Of a DNA stretch of 64,000 nucleotides, positions 28,245 to 38,600 are shown piece by piece. Source of the DNA: an uncultured Pseudomonadota bacterium (GTDB lineage: Bacteria > Myxococcota_A > Polyangia > Fen-1088); NCBI GenBank assembly GCA_963847705.1, contig CAWKBC010000030.1:480001-544000 (forward strand), read 5' to 3'. Position 1 is the stretch's first letter. Every line of letters starts with the position of its first letter. A model generated the notes under the pieces. It was not told where the DNA came from and searched no databases. It saw only the letters and a program-made list of their open reading frames with translations. Both the position numbers and the translations under genes were made by a program.

Positions 28245-29624
28245 TCAGGCCGGCTTCAGGTCTCCCAGCAGGGTCGGGATCAGCTCCGAGACCGTGGGGT
28301 GGATGGGGACAGCGCGCATGTAGGCGTCGATCGTGGCGCGCGCGTTCATCATGTCGATCACGCCATGGATCGCCTCGTCGCCGCCGACGCCCAGGATCGA
28401 CGCGCCGAGGATCTGACGTGTCGCCGCGTCGGCGATGACCTTCATGAACCCCTGGGTCTCGCCCTTCTCGACGGCGCGCCCGACGCGCGTCATGGGACGG
28501 CTGCCCACGAGCAGCGGCCGCCCACTCGCGCGCGCCGCGGTTTCGGTCATTCCCACCCGCCCGAGCGGCGGGTCGATATAGAGAGCATAGGCGGGGATGC
28601 GGTCGCTCACGCGCCGGCTGGCGCCGTCCAGCAGGTTGGCTGCCACGATCTCGAAGTCGTTGTACGAGGTGTGGGTGAAGGCTCCGCGCCCGTTGCAGTC
28701 GCCCAGCGCCCAGATGCCGGGCATGTTCGTGGCCAGCCCGTCGTCGACGGTGATGAACCCGCGCGCATTGGTGGCGACGCCTGCGCGCTCGAGGCCCAGA
28801 TCGTCCGTGTTGGGGCGCCGCCCCACGGCCAGCAACAGATGCGAGCCCACCACCGCGGGCTCCCCCTCCGTGCAGACGAGGCGGACGACCACGCCATCCC
28901 TGTGCGGCCCGAAGCCGACGCACCTGGCGTTGGTCCGCACCGCGATCCCTTCGCCCCGCAAGATCTCCTCGATGGCGGTCGAGACGTCCGCGTCCTCCCG
29001 GGCGATCAGGTGCGGTTGCATCTCGACCACGGTGACCGCGGCCCCCAGGCGCCGGAACACCTGCGCGAACTCGAGCCCGACGTACGAGCCGCCCACCACC
29101 ACCAGATGTTCGGGCACCCGCTCGAGCACCAGGATCGAGCTGTTGTCGAGATGCGGGACCTCGCCCACGCCCGGCATGTTCGGCACCGAGGCGCGTCCCC
29201 CCACATTGATGAAGACGCGCGGCGCCGACAGCAGGCCGTCCCCCACGCGCACCTGCGTGGGGGATTCGAAGGTGGCCTGCCCGCGCAGCACCGTGCAGCC
29301 CCGCATCCCGCGCAACCAGTCTTCGAGGCGGCCACGCTCGGCGGCCACGACGGCCTGGGCGCGCGCCTTGACGCGTGCCATGTCCACGGTGACGGCGCCG
29401 TCGATGACCACGCCGTAGTCCCGGGCGCGACGCGCCAGATGCGCGGCCTGGGCGCTGGCGACCAGCGTCTTCGTGGGCGTGCAGCCGGTGTTGACGCAGG
29501 TGCCCCCGAACTGCGCCCGCTCGACCAGCGCCACCTTCATGCCGGCGCCCGTGAGCCGGTCGGCCAGCGGCGGCCCGGCCTGCCCCGCCCCGATGACGAT
29601 CGCGTCGAAAACAGATCCGTTCAT
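28245..29624 (-). CDS. Pyridine nucleotide-disulfide oxidoreductase (MerA/RclA-like, not MerA)
   Basis: GAGQAG, GGTCVNTGC, GGSYVGLE, HPTVSE; no C-terminal Cys-Cys. Confidence 0.9.
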   Translation of the reverse strand: MNGSVFDAIVIGAGQAGPPLADRLTGAGMKVALVERAQFGGTCVNTGCTPTKTLVASAQAAHLARRARDYGVVIDGAVTVDMARVKARAQAVVAAERGRLEDWLRGMRGCTVLRGQATFESPTQVRVGDGLLSAPRVFINVGGRASVPNMPGVGEVPHLDNSSILVLERVPEHLVVVGGSYVGLEFAQVFRRLGAAVTVVEMQPHLIAREDADVSTAIEEILRGEGIAVRTNARCVGFGPHRDGVVVRLVCTEGEPAVVGSHLLLAVGRRPNTDDLGLERAGVATNARGFITVDDGLATNMPGIWALGDCNGRGAFTHTSYNDFEIVAANLLDGASRRVSDRIPAYALYIDPPLGRVGMTETAARASGRPLLVGSRPMTRVGRAVEKGETQGFMKVIADAATRQILGASILGVGGDEAIHGVIDMMNARATIDAYMRAVPIHPTVSELIPTLLGDLKPA

Positions 29625-29777
29625 GTGATGCGCTCCGGTTCGCTCACCTGCGTCGCGATGAACGATGTCCACGCGCCGGAGGTCCGCAAGCGGCTCGCTG
29701 CCCACCGTGGATCCTGGAAGGGGTCCCCCGACCTTGACGCACTTCGATCACTGCCCAGATTCGGATCCTCGCGACGC

Positions 29778-30485
29778 ATGCCAACGGCAATCATCACCGG
29801 AGCATCCCAGGGGATCGGCGCTGGATTCGTCGAGCGGTTTCTCGGCGAGGGCTACGACGTCGTCGCGACCGCACTGCAGGCGACCCGAAAGCTCACCCCC
29901 TCGTCCCGCTTGTTGCTGGTCGACGGCGACATCGGCAAGCGCGAGACAGCCGCCGAGGTCGTTCGAACGGCGATCGACCGCTTCGGCGCCATCGACGTCC
30001 TGGTCAACAACGTCGGGATCTTCCTCTCCAAGCCCTTCACGGAATACACGGCGGACGACGTCGACGCTCTGGTGTCGGTCAACGTGCTTGGTTTCGTGTA
30101 CATCACCCAGCTCGCCGTGAAGCAGATGCTCGTCCAGAGCTCGGGCGTGGTCATCAGCATCTCCGCGTCGCTGGCCGATCACCCGATCGCGGGCGTCGAC
30201 GCAGCGGTCTCCATGATGACGAAGGGCGGAATCAACACCATCACCCGGAGCCTGGCCATCGAGTATGCGAAGGCAGGGCTTCGCTTCAACGCCGTCGCCC
30301 CCGGCGTCGTGAACACGCCCCTGCACGCGGACGAACCCAAGGATGACCTCAAGGCGCAGCAGCCCATGGGCAGCCTCGCCGAGGTGAAGGACGTCGTCGA
30401 CGCGGTTCTCTACCTGTCGCGCGCGCGTCAGGTCACCGGCCAGGTCCTCTACGTCGACGGCGGGGCGCACGTGGGGCGCTGGTAG
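29778..30485 (+). CDS. SDR family oxidoreductase
   Basis: TGASQGIG, LVNNVG, NAVAPG, GQVLYVDGG; MMTK replaces YxxxK (atypical). Confidence 0.9.
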   Translation: MPTAIITGASQGIGAGFVERFLGEGYDVVATALQATRKLTPSSRLLLVDGDIGKRETAAEVVRTAIDRFGAIDVLVNNVGIFLSKPFTEYTADDVDALVSVNVLGFVYITQLAVKQMLVQSSGVVISISASLADHPIAGVDAAVSMMTKGGINTITRSLAIEYAKAGLRFNAVAPGVVNTPLHADEPKDDLKAQQPMGSLAEVKDVVDAVLYLSRARQVTGQVLYVDGGAHVGRW

Positions 30486-30499
30486 GCAAGTCCAGATGG

Positions 30500-30604
30500 C
30501 TGCCAGGCAATGGGGCTCGCCGATCGGCTTGCCCGACGCCAGCAGGAAGCGCGCCGGCTCGCCCTCGCTGGCCACGATCGTGACGAACGCGCCGTCCTCG
30601 CCGG
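30500..30604 (-). pseudogene. Pirin C-terminal remnant
   Basis: VTIVASEGEPARFLLASGKPIGEP, then IAWQ after a 1-nt shift in CCCC; resembles pirin RFLLxxGxPIxEPIAW; no N-terminal part. Confidence 0.55.
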
Positions 30605-30755
30605 AGCTCGCGCTCGCCTGGCAGAGCTACCCGACCTGATTCCCCCGGGCCCGTCGAAACCAGAACCGCCCACCAGCATCTGACATGTGGCGCCGCGGAG
30701 GCACCGCTCGGGGTGGCCACCACGGCCGCCCGCTGTGGTCTCCGGCCGCCGGAGC

Positions 30756-31031
30756 ATGAATCAAATGAGCACGTCCAGGGTGTTGGTCTATTCCACGACG
30801 TATTGCGGCTTCTGCCGCCGGGCGGAGGATCTCCTCCGGCGCGAGGGCATCGCTTTCGAGGCCATCGACGTCACGGATGATGTGCATGCCCGCGCCGAGT
30901 TGGTCGAGCGCGCTGGCGGCCGGCGGACCGTCCCCGTGATCTTCGTCGACGGGCAGGCCATCGGCGGGTACCAGGAGCTGGCGGCCATGGTCCGGGGCGG
31001 CGGGCTGAAGCACCTCTCGGCCGCGGCCTGA
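30756..31031 (+). CDS. grxC: Glutaredoxin (GrxC-like)
   Basis: CGFC active site, TVPVIF, IGGY. Confidence 0.88.
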   Translation: MNQMSTSRVLVYSTTYCGFCRRAEDLLRREGIAFEAIDVTDDVHARAELVERAGGRRTVPVIFVDGQAIGGYQELAAMVRGGGLKHLSAAA

Positions 31032-31094
31032 CCTCGTTCGCGCAGTTGCGGGGGCAGGCCCGACCGTCGAGCGGGAACCGATCGGGCGTCTTGC

Positions 31095-32420
31095 TCAGCT
31101 CGCCGCGGGTGGCTCCTCGATGTAGAGCTTCCGTCGCTCGACATCGTGGTCGAACAGGTCCGCGTAGCGGCCCCAGGCGACCAGGGTCTGAAACACCCGA
31201 TCGGTGTTTTCGTAGGGGAGATGGAGCGCGATCGAGCCGAGGACGACGTCCTCGTCGAGCTCTTGCCGCTCCGCCTTCCTGATCTGCTCCAGCACGTCCC
31301 GGAACAGCCGGAGCTCGACGACCTGGCGCTGGAAGAGCTGCTTGCGCTCCGGCGCGCCGCCCGCCAGAAATTGACGGCCCACCGGGGTGAGGTCGACGTC
31401 CTGGCGAGGCGTGTCGACCAGGTCCAAGAGCTCGCCGGCCTTCACCACCGAGAGAACCTTCCCGAACTCCCAGCCCAGATCGTCGACCAGCGAGAACACG
31501 TTCTCCCGCCCGCCGCGGTCGTCGAGCATCTCCAGGAGGCCGGAGATCTCGCTCGGGCCCGCGTCGGGGAGAGGCTCCCAGATCGGGGTCCGCGGCGGCG
31601 CCTTGGCCCCTGCATGCGCCGGAGCGCTCGCCGGCGCATCCGGGATCTCGGCCTCGGTGATGACGCCGTGGATCTCATCGACGAGCCGCTGAAACGCCGG
31701 CGCGCGGTAGTCGCGCGGGTAGGGGAGCTTGTTCTCGAAGATCCGACGCACGCGTCCTGGTCGCGCCGCCATGACGACGATCCGGGTCGCCATGAAGACG
31801 ACCTCCTTGACGTCGTGGCTCACCATGAAGATCGTCTTCGGGTTGGAGGCGTGATCGCTCCAGAATCGGACCACCTCGCTGCGCAGGTTCTCCGCGGTCA
31901 GCGCGTCGACCTGGCTGAAGGGCTCGTCCATGCACAGGATCTCCGGCTCGACGGCCAGCGCCCGGGCGATCCCCACCCGCTGCTTCATTCCGCCGGAGAG
32001 CTCGCGCGGGTAGGCGTCCTCGAAGCCCTCGAGGCCCACCAGGCGGATGACCCGCTCGCTGGTGGAGCCGCACCTCGTCGAGTCGTTGCCCCGCGCCGCC
32101 AGCGGCTCGACGATGTTCTGGCGCACCGTCAACCAGGGGTAGAGCGCGAAGCTCTGAAAGACGATGGCCACGCCGGGATTGAGGCCGGCCAGCGCCTGCC
32201 CGCGATACTTCACCCCGCCGCCGACGGGTTGAATCAGGCCGGCCAGGATGCGCATCAGCGTCGATTTGCCGCAGCCGGACGGCCCCAGGATCGCCAGGAT
32301 CTCCTCCTCCCGGACGTCGAGAGACACATCGTCGAGGACCCTGACCTCGGCCCCGCTCGGCAGCAGGAAGGTCTTGGTGACTCCGCTCAGCTCGCAAAGC
32401 ACAGGCGATGAATCGGACAC
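31095..32420 (-). CDS. NitT/TauT-type ABC ATP-binding protein with C-terminal extension
   Basis: RBS AGGAG; GPSGCGKS, LSGGMKQR, MDEPF, SH; C-terminal extension ending WGRYADLF. Confidence 0.9.
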   Translation of the reverse strand: MSDSSPVLCELSGVTKTFLLPSGAEVRVLDDVSLDVREEEILAILGPSGCGKSTLMRILAGLIQPVGGGVKYRGQALAGLNPGVAIVFQSFALYPWLTVRQNIVEPLAARGNDSTRCGSTSERVIRLVGLEGFEDAYPRELSGGMKQRVGIARALAVEPEILCMDEPFSQVDALTAENLRSEVVRFWSDHASNPKTIFMVSHDVKEVVFMATRIVVMAARPGRVRRIFENKLPYPRDYRAPAFQRLVDEIHGVITEAEIPDAPASAPAHAGAKAPPRTPIWEPLPDAGPSEISGLLEMLDDRGGRENVFSLVDDLGWEFGKVLSVVKAGELLDLVDTPRQDVDLTPVGRQFLAGGAPERKQLFQRQVVELRLFRDVLEQIRKAERQELDEDVVLGSIALHLPYENTDRVFQTLVAWGRYADLFDHDVERRKLYIEEPPAAS

Positions 32421-32428
32421 GACAGCTC

Positions 32429-34192
32429 CTATCTCGACAGCGCGTAGCGCCGTTCGGCGAGTTGGTAGAGACGCTTCCAGAACAGCCGATTGACCGTCAC
32501 CACGGTGGCGGCCATGGTGAGGACCCCCGCGGTGAGGACCGGGAAGTCCCCGTGGGCCGCCGAGACGCTGATGAGCGAGCCCAGCCCCGGCGTCATCCGG
32601 ATGGTGCCGGAGGCCTGGATGAACTCCGCCACGATGCTGGCGTTCCAGGCGCCGCCCGCGGCCGTCACCCACCCCGTGACGAGCTGGGGAAAGATCCCGG
32701 GCAGATAGAGGCGGCGCCATCGCTGGGCCCGACTGAATCGATAGACCCGCGCGGCCTCCTGCAGCTCGTTGGGGATCGACATCGCGCCGGCGATGACGTT
32801 GAAGAGGATGTACCACTGGGTGCCCAGCATCATCAGCACCACCGAGCCGACGCCGAGCGGGAGCGCCGCCGAGGCCATGACCGCCAGGACCAGCGGAAAC
32901 AGCATCGGCGCCGGGAACGAGGCGGCGATCTGGACCAGCGGCTGGAGGACCCCGGCCGCGCGCGGGTGCGTGCCGATGTAGACGCCCGCCGGGATGGCCC
33001 AGAGGGATCCCAGGATCACGGCGGCAGAGGTGCGCAGAAACGTGAAGGCCGTGTCCCGGCCGATCTCGCGCCAGGCAGCGCCATGAACCTTGGCCAGCAG
33101 GAGGGCGAGCTTGACGGTCCCCCAGATCGAAGCCGCCGCCAGCGCGGCCAGAACCGCGAGCACCAGCGTGAAGACGATGACGCTGCGGCCGCGCGGCCCC
33201 AGCCTCTCCAGCACGGGCTCGCGCCGGCGGGCCGCCTGCCTCGCTTCTCCCTCCCGCTGGCGCCGCTCGAAGAAGCGCTGGACCGCCGCATAGAGCTGGC
33301 TCCGCCGCAGCAGCTTCAGGACCCAGGAGGTGTTCACCGACGCGCCCCCCACGTCCTCGAGCTTGAAGCGCTCGGCCCAGGCGACCAGCGGACGCCAGAA
33401 CAGCTGGTCGACGACCACGATCATCACCGTCATCGCCACCACCGCGGCGACCATGGCGCCGCGATCACCGCGGTCGATGGCCACGCTCATGTAGGCGCCG
33501 ACGCCAGGAAGGCGGAAGTCGTGGTCCCCCAGGCGAAAGGCCTCATTGATGGTCAGGAAGAACCACCCGCCGGCCATGCTCATCATTCCGTTCCAGACCA
33601 GGCCCACGGTCGACGACGGCAGCTCGATGCGCCTGAATCGGCGCCACCAGCCGAAGCGGTAGATGCGGCCCGCCTCCATCAGGTCCTCCGGGATGGCCCG
33701 CAGCGAGTGATAGAAGCTGAAGGTCATGTTCCAGACCTGGGCGGTGAAGATCATCAGGATCGCCGCCAGCTCGAGGCCGGTGTTGGTGTGGGGGAAGAGC
33801 GTGGCCAGCGCCAGCACGATCCCGGGCATGAATCCCAGAACCGGGATGCTCTGCAGAATGTCGATCAGCGGCAGCATCACGCGATCGGCGTGGCGGACCC
33901 GGGCGGCCACGTATCCGTAGACGAGCGTGAAGAGCAGCGAGACGGCGAACGCAATCATCCCGCGGCAGAGCGAGAAGAAGGTGTAGAGGGGGAGGGTGCG
34001 CAGCTTGAGGCTGATGTCCACCTGTGCCCGCAGCGGCGCGTGCCACTCGACCCCGACCTTCGCCACGCCGTAGAGCGCCAGACCGAGGAGCAGCAGCGCG
34101 GCCAGGTCAGGCCACCCCGTGCGCCAGCGGATCGCGCGCGTGAGCGCGATGATCCTCGGTTGCGCGCGTTCGGTTCCGGCAGAGGCCGTCAT
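32429..34192 (-). CDS. ABC transporter permease with two fused TM domains (NitT/TauT type)
   Basis: DILQSIPVLGF; two EAA-like loops (EAGRIYRF, EAARVYRF). Confidence 0.9.
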   Translation of the reverse strand: MTASAGTERAQPRIIALTRAIRWRTGWPDLAALLLLGLALYGVAKVGVEWHAPLRAQVDISLKLRTLPLYTFFSLCRGMIAFAVSLLFTLVYGYVAARVRHADRVMLPLIDILQSIPVLGFMPGIVLALATLFPHTNTGLELAAILMIFTAQVWNMTFSFYHSLRAIPEDLMEAGRIYRFGWWRRFRRIELPSSTVGLVWNGMMSMAGGWFFLTINEAFRLGDHDFRLPGVGAYMSVAIDRGDRGAMVAAVVAMTVMIVVVDQLFWRPLVAWAERFKLEDVGGASVNTSWVLKLLRRSQLYAAVQRFFERRQREGEARQAARRREPVLERLGPRGRSVIVFTLVLAVLAALAAASIWGTVKLALLLAKVHGAAWREIGRDTAFTFLRTSAAVILGSLWAIPAGVYIGTHPRAAGVLQPLVQIAASFPAPMLFPLVLAVMASAALPLGVGSVVLMMLGTQWYILFNVIAGAMSIPNELQEAARVYRFSRAQRWRRLYLPGIFPQLVTGWVTAAGGAWNASIVAEFIQASGTIRMTPGLGSLISVSAAHGDFPVLTAGVLTMAATVVTVNRLFWKRLYQLAERRYALSR

Positions 34193-34362
34193 CGGGCCAG
34201 ACCTTAGCAACACGCCCTTCTCGCTGGCCGGTCGATTCTCAGAATATGGCGGGGGACCTTTCGCGATCCAGGTCACGGACCTCCAGGTCAACGTCGGATA
34301 TCGGATCGACGTGACTGAAAAGTCACGCGCCCGGGAACAGCCAGGAGATACCCTCCGGCGCC

Positions 34363-35481
34363 ATGGCGAGAAAAAATCTGTGGGGATTTTGTGGTGTGAC
34401 GGCCCTGGCCCTGGTCGCTCCGGCCGCACAGGCGGATCCGATTCGCTACGGGTATGTGGCGCTCGATCAGGTGCCGCTCCCCGCGCCCTATACGTCTTTC
34501 TCGCCGGCGGCGATCGTCGACGGCCGGGTGTACGGGACGGTCTTCGACGACACATACACCATCGCCAGCGTCGCCGTGTACAGCCGCGGAGCCATCACGA
34601 TCGGTCCTCCGGGAATTGCGACCGTCGCCAACGCCCGCGGGTCGATCGGCGGGCAGAGCACGTCCGGGCAGGCGGCCCTCTTCGAGCGGGGCGCGACCAC
34701 CCTCGTCCCGGCGCTGCCGGCACAGGCCTTCGCCAACGTGGTCTCGCTGGGCGACGACGAGCTCGCGCTCATCCAGTCGACGGACAGCTCCTTCACCAAT
34801 TCGTTCGCCTATTTTCGCGGGGGAAACGAATCGGTCATCGACTTCGGTCTGCCCGATCCGGCCGCCAACGCCTTCATGAACGGCGCCGGTGTGATTGGCC
34901 TGACCAAGAACCAGAGCCCGACGGACCATTTCGACCACGGGTACCGCTACGACCCGCGCACGCAGACGAGCACGCTCTTGCCCCCCTCGCCGGACCCCAC
35001 CGACGTCAACGTCCTCATCCAGGGGATCAACGCCGGGGGAGACGTTCTCGGCTACTCGTTCACGGACTTCGCCAGCCCCGACTACCACGAGCGGGTGGGG
35101 ATCTGGGACCGTCGCGGGGTCTTCCAGACCTACTTCTTCGAGACGCTGAACACGAGCACGCTGGTCTTCAACGATCGGGACGAAATCGTCATCACCAACA
35201 GCTCCGACGGGAACAGCTATCTCGTGCCCACCCCGGGGACGCGCCTCGATCTGGCCAGCCTCACCGCGAACGTCCCGGCCGGGCTCCAGCTCTCGCTGGT
35301 CGTCTCCCTCGACAACGGGGGGAACATCACCGGCTTCGCCGTCGACGAGAGCTTCGACTTCTTCCCCTTCCTGCTCGTCCCGCTCGGACACGGCGACCCG
35401 GATCCGGGCCCGGTCCACGTCCGGTGCGCGGTGCCGGCCTCGATCGCGCACGCCTCCGACCGGACGCACCCCCACAAGTAA
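34363..35481 (+). CDS. Secreted beta-propeller-like protein
   Basis: RBS AGGAG; signal ending AQA; repeated N-x-x-G blade motifs (ANARGSI, MNGAGVI, INAGGDV, DNGGNI). Confidence 0.7.
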   Translation: MARKNLWGFCGVTALALVAPAAQADPIRYGYVALDQVPLPAPYTSFSPAAIVDGRVYGTVFDDTYTIASVAVYSRGAITIGPPGIATVANARGSIGGQSTSGQAALFERGATTLVPALPAQAFANVVSLGDDELALIQSTDSSFTNSFAYFRGGNESVIDFGLPDPAANAFMNGAGVIGLTKNQSPTDHFDHGYRYDPRTQTSTLLPPSPDPTDVNVLIQGINAGGDVLGYSFTDFASPDYHERVGIWDRRGVFQTYFFETLNTSTLVFNDRDEIVITNSSDGNSYLVPTPGTRLDLASLTANVPAGLQLSLVVSLDNGGNITGFAVDESFDFFPFLLVPLGHGDPDPGPVHVRCAVPASIAHASDRTHPHK

Positions 35482-35578
35482 CGGGGACGCCGCCCGCCGC
35501 CGTCGCCGCCCGTTCCCACCCCCCCACGTGACCGAGGTCAAGACGGACGCGCCCGGGTCCTGTTATGGTGGCGTCCGC

Positions 35579-36994
35579 ATGAGCGCACGCGCATTCGGAC
35601 TGGTTCTGCTGGGCGGCCTGTTATCGGCGACCCTTCCCAGCACCGCGGTCGCCAAGAAGTACACGCTCGACGAGCTGCTGGAGCTGGCACGCACGCAGAA
35701 TCCGGGGCTGCGCGCGGGCGACGCCGCGACGCGCGCCATGCGGGCGCAGGTGCGGGAGGCCAAGCGCAACTGGTACCCGCAGGGGGACCTGACCTCGTTC
35801 GTCGCGCCGGTGCCGCGGGTCGAGTGCGAGGGCCCGGGCCTCATGGCCTACCCCGCGCAGGATCAGAACATCCGCGAGCAGAATTGCGTCACCACCAACG
35901 CCAGCCCCTCGCACGGGGCGCTGCAGTACCTGACCAACTTCGCGGGCGCCTATACGCGAACGGACGTGAAGCTGGTCCAGCCGCTCTGGGACTTCGGCAA
36001 GATCTCGGCGGGCGTCAGCGCGGCCGAGGCCGGGGTGACGGTCACCACCGGACGCCAGGCGGGCGCCCGCGCCGACGTGGAGCTCAACGTGCGTAAGGCC
36101 TACTGGGGGCTCAAGCTGGCGCGCGAGCTGCGCTCGATGCTGGAGGAGGGGGAGGGGTACCTCGACAGCGCGCAGAAGAAGATCGACAAGCAGCTGGCCG
36201 ACGGCAGCGGCAACGCGACGGTCAGCGATCGCCTGCGCCTGCGCACGGTGCGGACCGAGATCGAGGTGCGGTTGCTCGAGGCCAAACGCCAGGAGGCGAT
36301 CGCGCTCAGTGGGCTGCGGGCGCTGCTGAACCTGGATCCGGGCGAAGATCTGGACGTGGACGACGCAGACTTCGAACCCCTCGAGGTCCCGGCCCATCCT
36401 CTGGCCTACTACGAGGAGGAGGCGCGGATGTCACGGCCCGAGGTGCGGACCCTGGAGTACGCCGTCAAGGCCAAGCGCGCGCTGGCCACCCTCGAGCACC
36501 GCAAGCTCTATCCGGATCTGGTGCTGATCGGGCAGCTCTCCTTCGCCTACGCGCCCACCATCGACGCGCCCCAGAACGCCTTCGCCAGCAACCCCTTCAA
36601 CGGGTACGGCGGCGGGATCGCGGCGGCGCTGCGCCTGCCGCTCGACTTCGGGCCCAAGCTGGCCCGTGGCGATCGCACCGGCGCCGAGGCCGACGAGATC
36701 GAGGCCCGTCGCGAGGAGATGCTGGGCGGCGTCGGCTTCGAGGTCAGCAAGGCCTTCCTCGAGCTGTCGGAGGCCCAGACGCGACTCGATGAGACCCGCA
36801 AGGGCGAGAAGGCCGGCAAGTCGTGGGTGGCGGCGGTTACGCAGAACTTCGCGCTCGGGCTGGCCGACTCGCGCGACTTTTCGGACGCGCTGCTGCAGTC
36901 GTTCAAGATGCGGACCTTCGCGCTCCAGGCGGTGTACGACCTCAACGTCTCGACGGCGACTCTCTCGCGAGCGACGGGGACCACCGTTCCCTGA
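35579..36994 (+). CDS. TolC family outer-membrane efflux protein
   Basis: TLDELLELARTQNP, QPLWDFG, RPEV, LPLDFG; helical repeats. Confidence 0.88.
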   Translation: MSARAFGLVLLGGLLSATLPSTAVAKKYTLDELLELARTQNPGLRAGDAATRAMRAQVREAKRNWYPQGDLTSFVAPVPRVECEGPGLMAYPAQDQNIREQNCVTTNASPSHGALQYLTNFAGAYTRTDVKLVQPLWDFGKISAGVSAAEAGVTVTTGRQAGARADVELNVRKAYWGLKLARELRSMLEEGEGYLDSAQKKIDKQLADGSGNATVSDRLRLRTVRTEIEVRLLEAKRQEAIALSGLRALLNLDPGEDLDVDDADFEPLEVPAHPLAYYEEEARMSRPEVRTLEYAVKAKRALATLEHRKLYPDLVLIGQLSFAYAPTIDAPQNAFASNPFNGYGGGIAAALRLPLDFGPKLARGDRTGAEADEIEARREEMLGGVGFEVSKAFLELSEAQTRLDETRKGEKAGKSWVAAVTQNFALGLADSRDFSDALLQSFKMRTFALQAVYDLNVSTATLSRATGTTVP

Positions 36995-37016
36995 GGCCGG
37001 CTCCCGCCGGCAGCGG

Positions 37017-37361
37017 TCAGGGCTCCGGACAGTCAGGTGCGCCCGACGGCAGCGCCGGAGTGGTGGTCACGACGGCGACCGCCGTGGCGCTGTCTCCGAC
37101 AGCCACCACCGGCGTGAGCTGTTTGGCGACCGTCTCGCAATTGGAAGCATCCTGCTCCGCCCTTTGTATGTTGCCCGTCTTGTAGAGAACACCGCCCTGC
37201 AATCGGTACTTGTCCGCGAGCTCCCGGTAATGGTCGGCTCGCGACTGCGCGTCCGCAGCCGTGGTCGGTTGTTCCGCCCGCGCCGCCAGCGGCGCTCCTG
37301 AGAGCAACCCTCCCAGCGCCAGCGCGGACAGCTTGGAAACCATGCTTCTGTTGGCCTTCAT
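37017..37361 (-). CDS. Small secreted hypothetical protein
   Basis: Signal peptide ending ARA; 114 aa. Confidence 0.6.
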   Translation of the reverse strand: MKANRSMVSKLSALALGGLLSGAPLAARAEQPTTAADAQSRADHYRELADKYRLQGGVLYKTGNIQRAEQDASNCETVAKQLTPVVAVGDSATAVAVVTTTPALPSGAPDCPEP

Positions 37362-37632
37362 CGCGCGCCATCCTTTCGGTGGCTGAGCCCGCATTCGATT
37401 TGCGGGCCGCCCCCCATTGCAAATCTGGCCGTCGGATCGGCGTCGGCAAGACCGCCCGCTCCGGGGCAGTCTGCAGAGCTTCAAGGGTTCAGGTCCTCCT
37501 TGGTCGTGCGCCGGGGCTGAATCCAGGCTCGCGCCGACGATCGGCGAACGCTCGTTGGACGGTCGCCGATCGGCGCGACGCGATGGAGCCGAGCGGCCAC
37601 TCTCAACCTGGGCCGGGAGCGTCGATTCTGCT

Positions 37633-38097
37633 CTACGTCAGGGGCGCGGCCGCGGCCGAGGGGGCCTGCCCGCGCCGACGGGTCACCGCCTGCGTGGCGA
37701 GCATGCCGAGCGCCATCGACGAGACCGCCACGACCGGAGCGATACGCCCCGCGCCGAGCGCCACCAAAGCAGGGCCGGGGCAATACCCGGTCAGTCCCCA
37801 GCCGATGCCGAAGATCGCCGCTCCCGCCAGCAGCTGGGCGTCGATGCGCGTCGCGCGCGGCCAACCGAAGTCGCCGCCCAGGAAGGGATGCGCGCGGCGT
37901 TTGGCGGCACGAAAGGTCCAGTACCCGACCGCGATTCCCCCGCCCATCACGAACATCAGGCTGGGATCCCAGTTCCCCAGCACGTCGAGGAACGCCTGCA
38001 CCTTGAGCGGATTGGTCATTCCGCCCAGCCCCAGCCCGAGGGCGAAGAGAAGACCGCAGAGCGCCGCGACGGCGTTCTTCTTGCTCGCGTTGCTCAC
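37633..38097 (-). CDS. YeeE/YedE family sulfur-compound transporter subunit (PmpB-like)
   Basis: GMTNPLKVQAFLD, WDPSL, GWGLTGYCPGP; GTGA overlap with the upstream gene. Confidence 0.9.
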   Translation of the reverse strand: MSNASKKNAVAALCGLLFALGLGLGGMTNPLKVQAFLDVLGNWDPSLMFVMGGGIAVGYWTFRAAKRRAHPFLGGDFGWPRATRIDAQLLAGAAIFGIGWGLTGYCPGPALVALGAGRIAPVVAVSSMALGMLATQAVTRRRGQAPSAAAAPLT

Positions 38098-38513
38098 AGC
38101 CGGCCTCGCGTCACGGCCACGGTCAGCATCCCGGTCGCGACGAAGACCAGCGTCGCCACGATGGACCGGGACGACAGACGGCTGATCCCGCAGAGCCCGT
38201 GTCCGGAGGTGCACCCGTTGCCGAGGGTGGTGCCCACGCCGACCAGGAATCCACCGACGGCCATGGTGGCGAGCCCGGTCGAGCTGCCCGGGCCGAAGAC
38301 CCCCGGCGAGCCGAGGCGCCAGAGCAGGCCGCCGACCACCAGTCCCCCCAGAAAATACAGGCGCCAAGAGAGCTCGGCGCCCCGCGCGCCAAAGCTCCGT
38401 CCGAGGATTCCCGCGATCCCCGCGATGCGCCCGTCGAAGAGGATCAGGAGCGAGATCGCGACGCCCAGCACCAACCCGCCGAGGGTCGAGCCAAGTGGTG
38501 TGAAGCCCATCAT
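38094..38513 (-). CDS. YeeE/YedE family sulfur-compound transporter subunit (PmpA-like)
   Basis: GRIAGIAG, GNGCTSGHGLCG. Confidence 0.9.
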   Translation of the reverse strand: MMGFTPLGSTLGGLVLGVAISLLILFDGRIAGIAGILGRSFGARGAELSWRLYFLGGLVVGGLLWRLGSPGVFGPGSSTGLATMAVGGFLVGVGTTLGNGCTSGHGLCGISRLSSRSIVATLVFVATGMLTVAVTRGRL

Positions 38514-38600
38514 CGATGGAGTATAGGGGCGGGACTCGAAGGCGACCCGTCGGCTGGGCCTCGAGGTGCGCCCGGAGAAACCCGCTGACCAGAAGCGGGG

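Noticed and set aside
28245-29624. Mercuric reductase MerA
   Set aside because: No C-terminal Cys-Cys, no N-terminal metal-binding domain and no mer genes.
28095-30485. 796-aa ORF as one protein
   Set aside because: The 5' part is antisense to the flavoprotein gene; the SDR starts at 29778.
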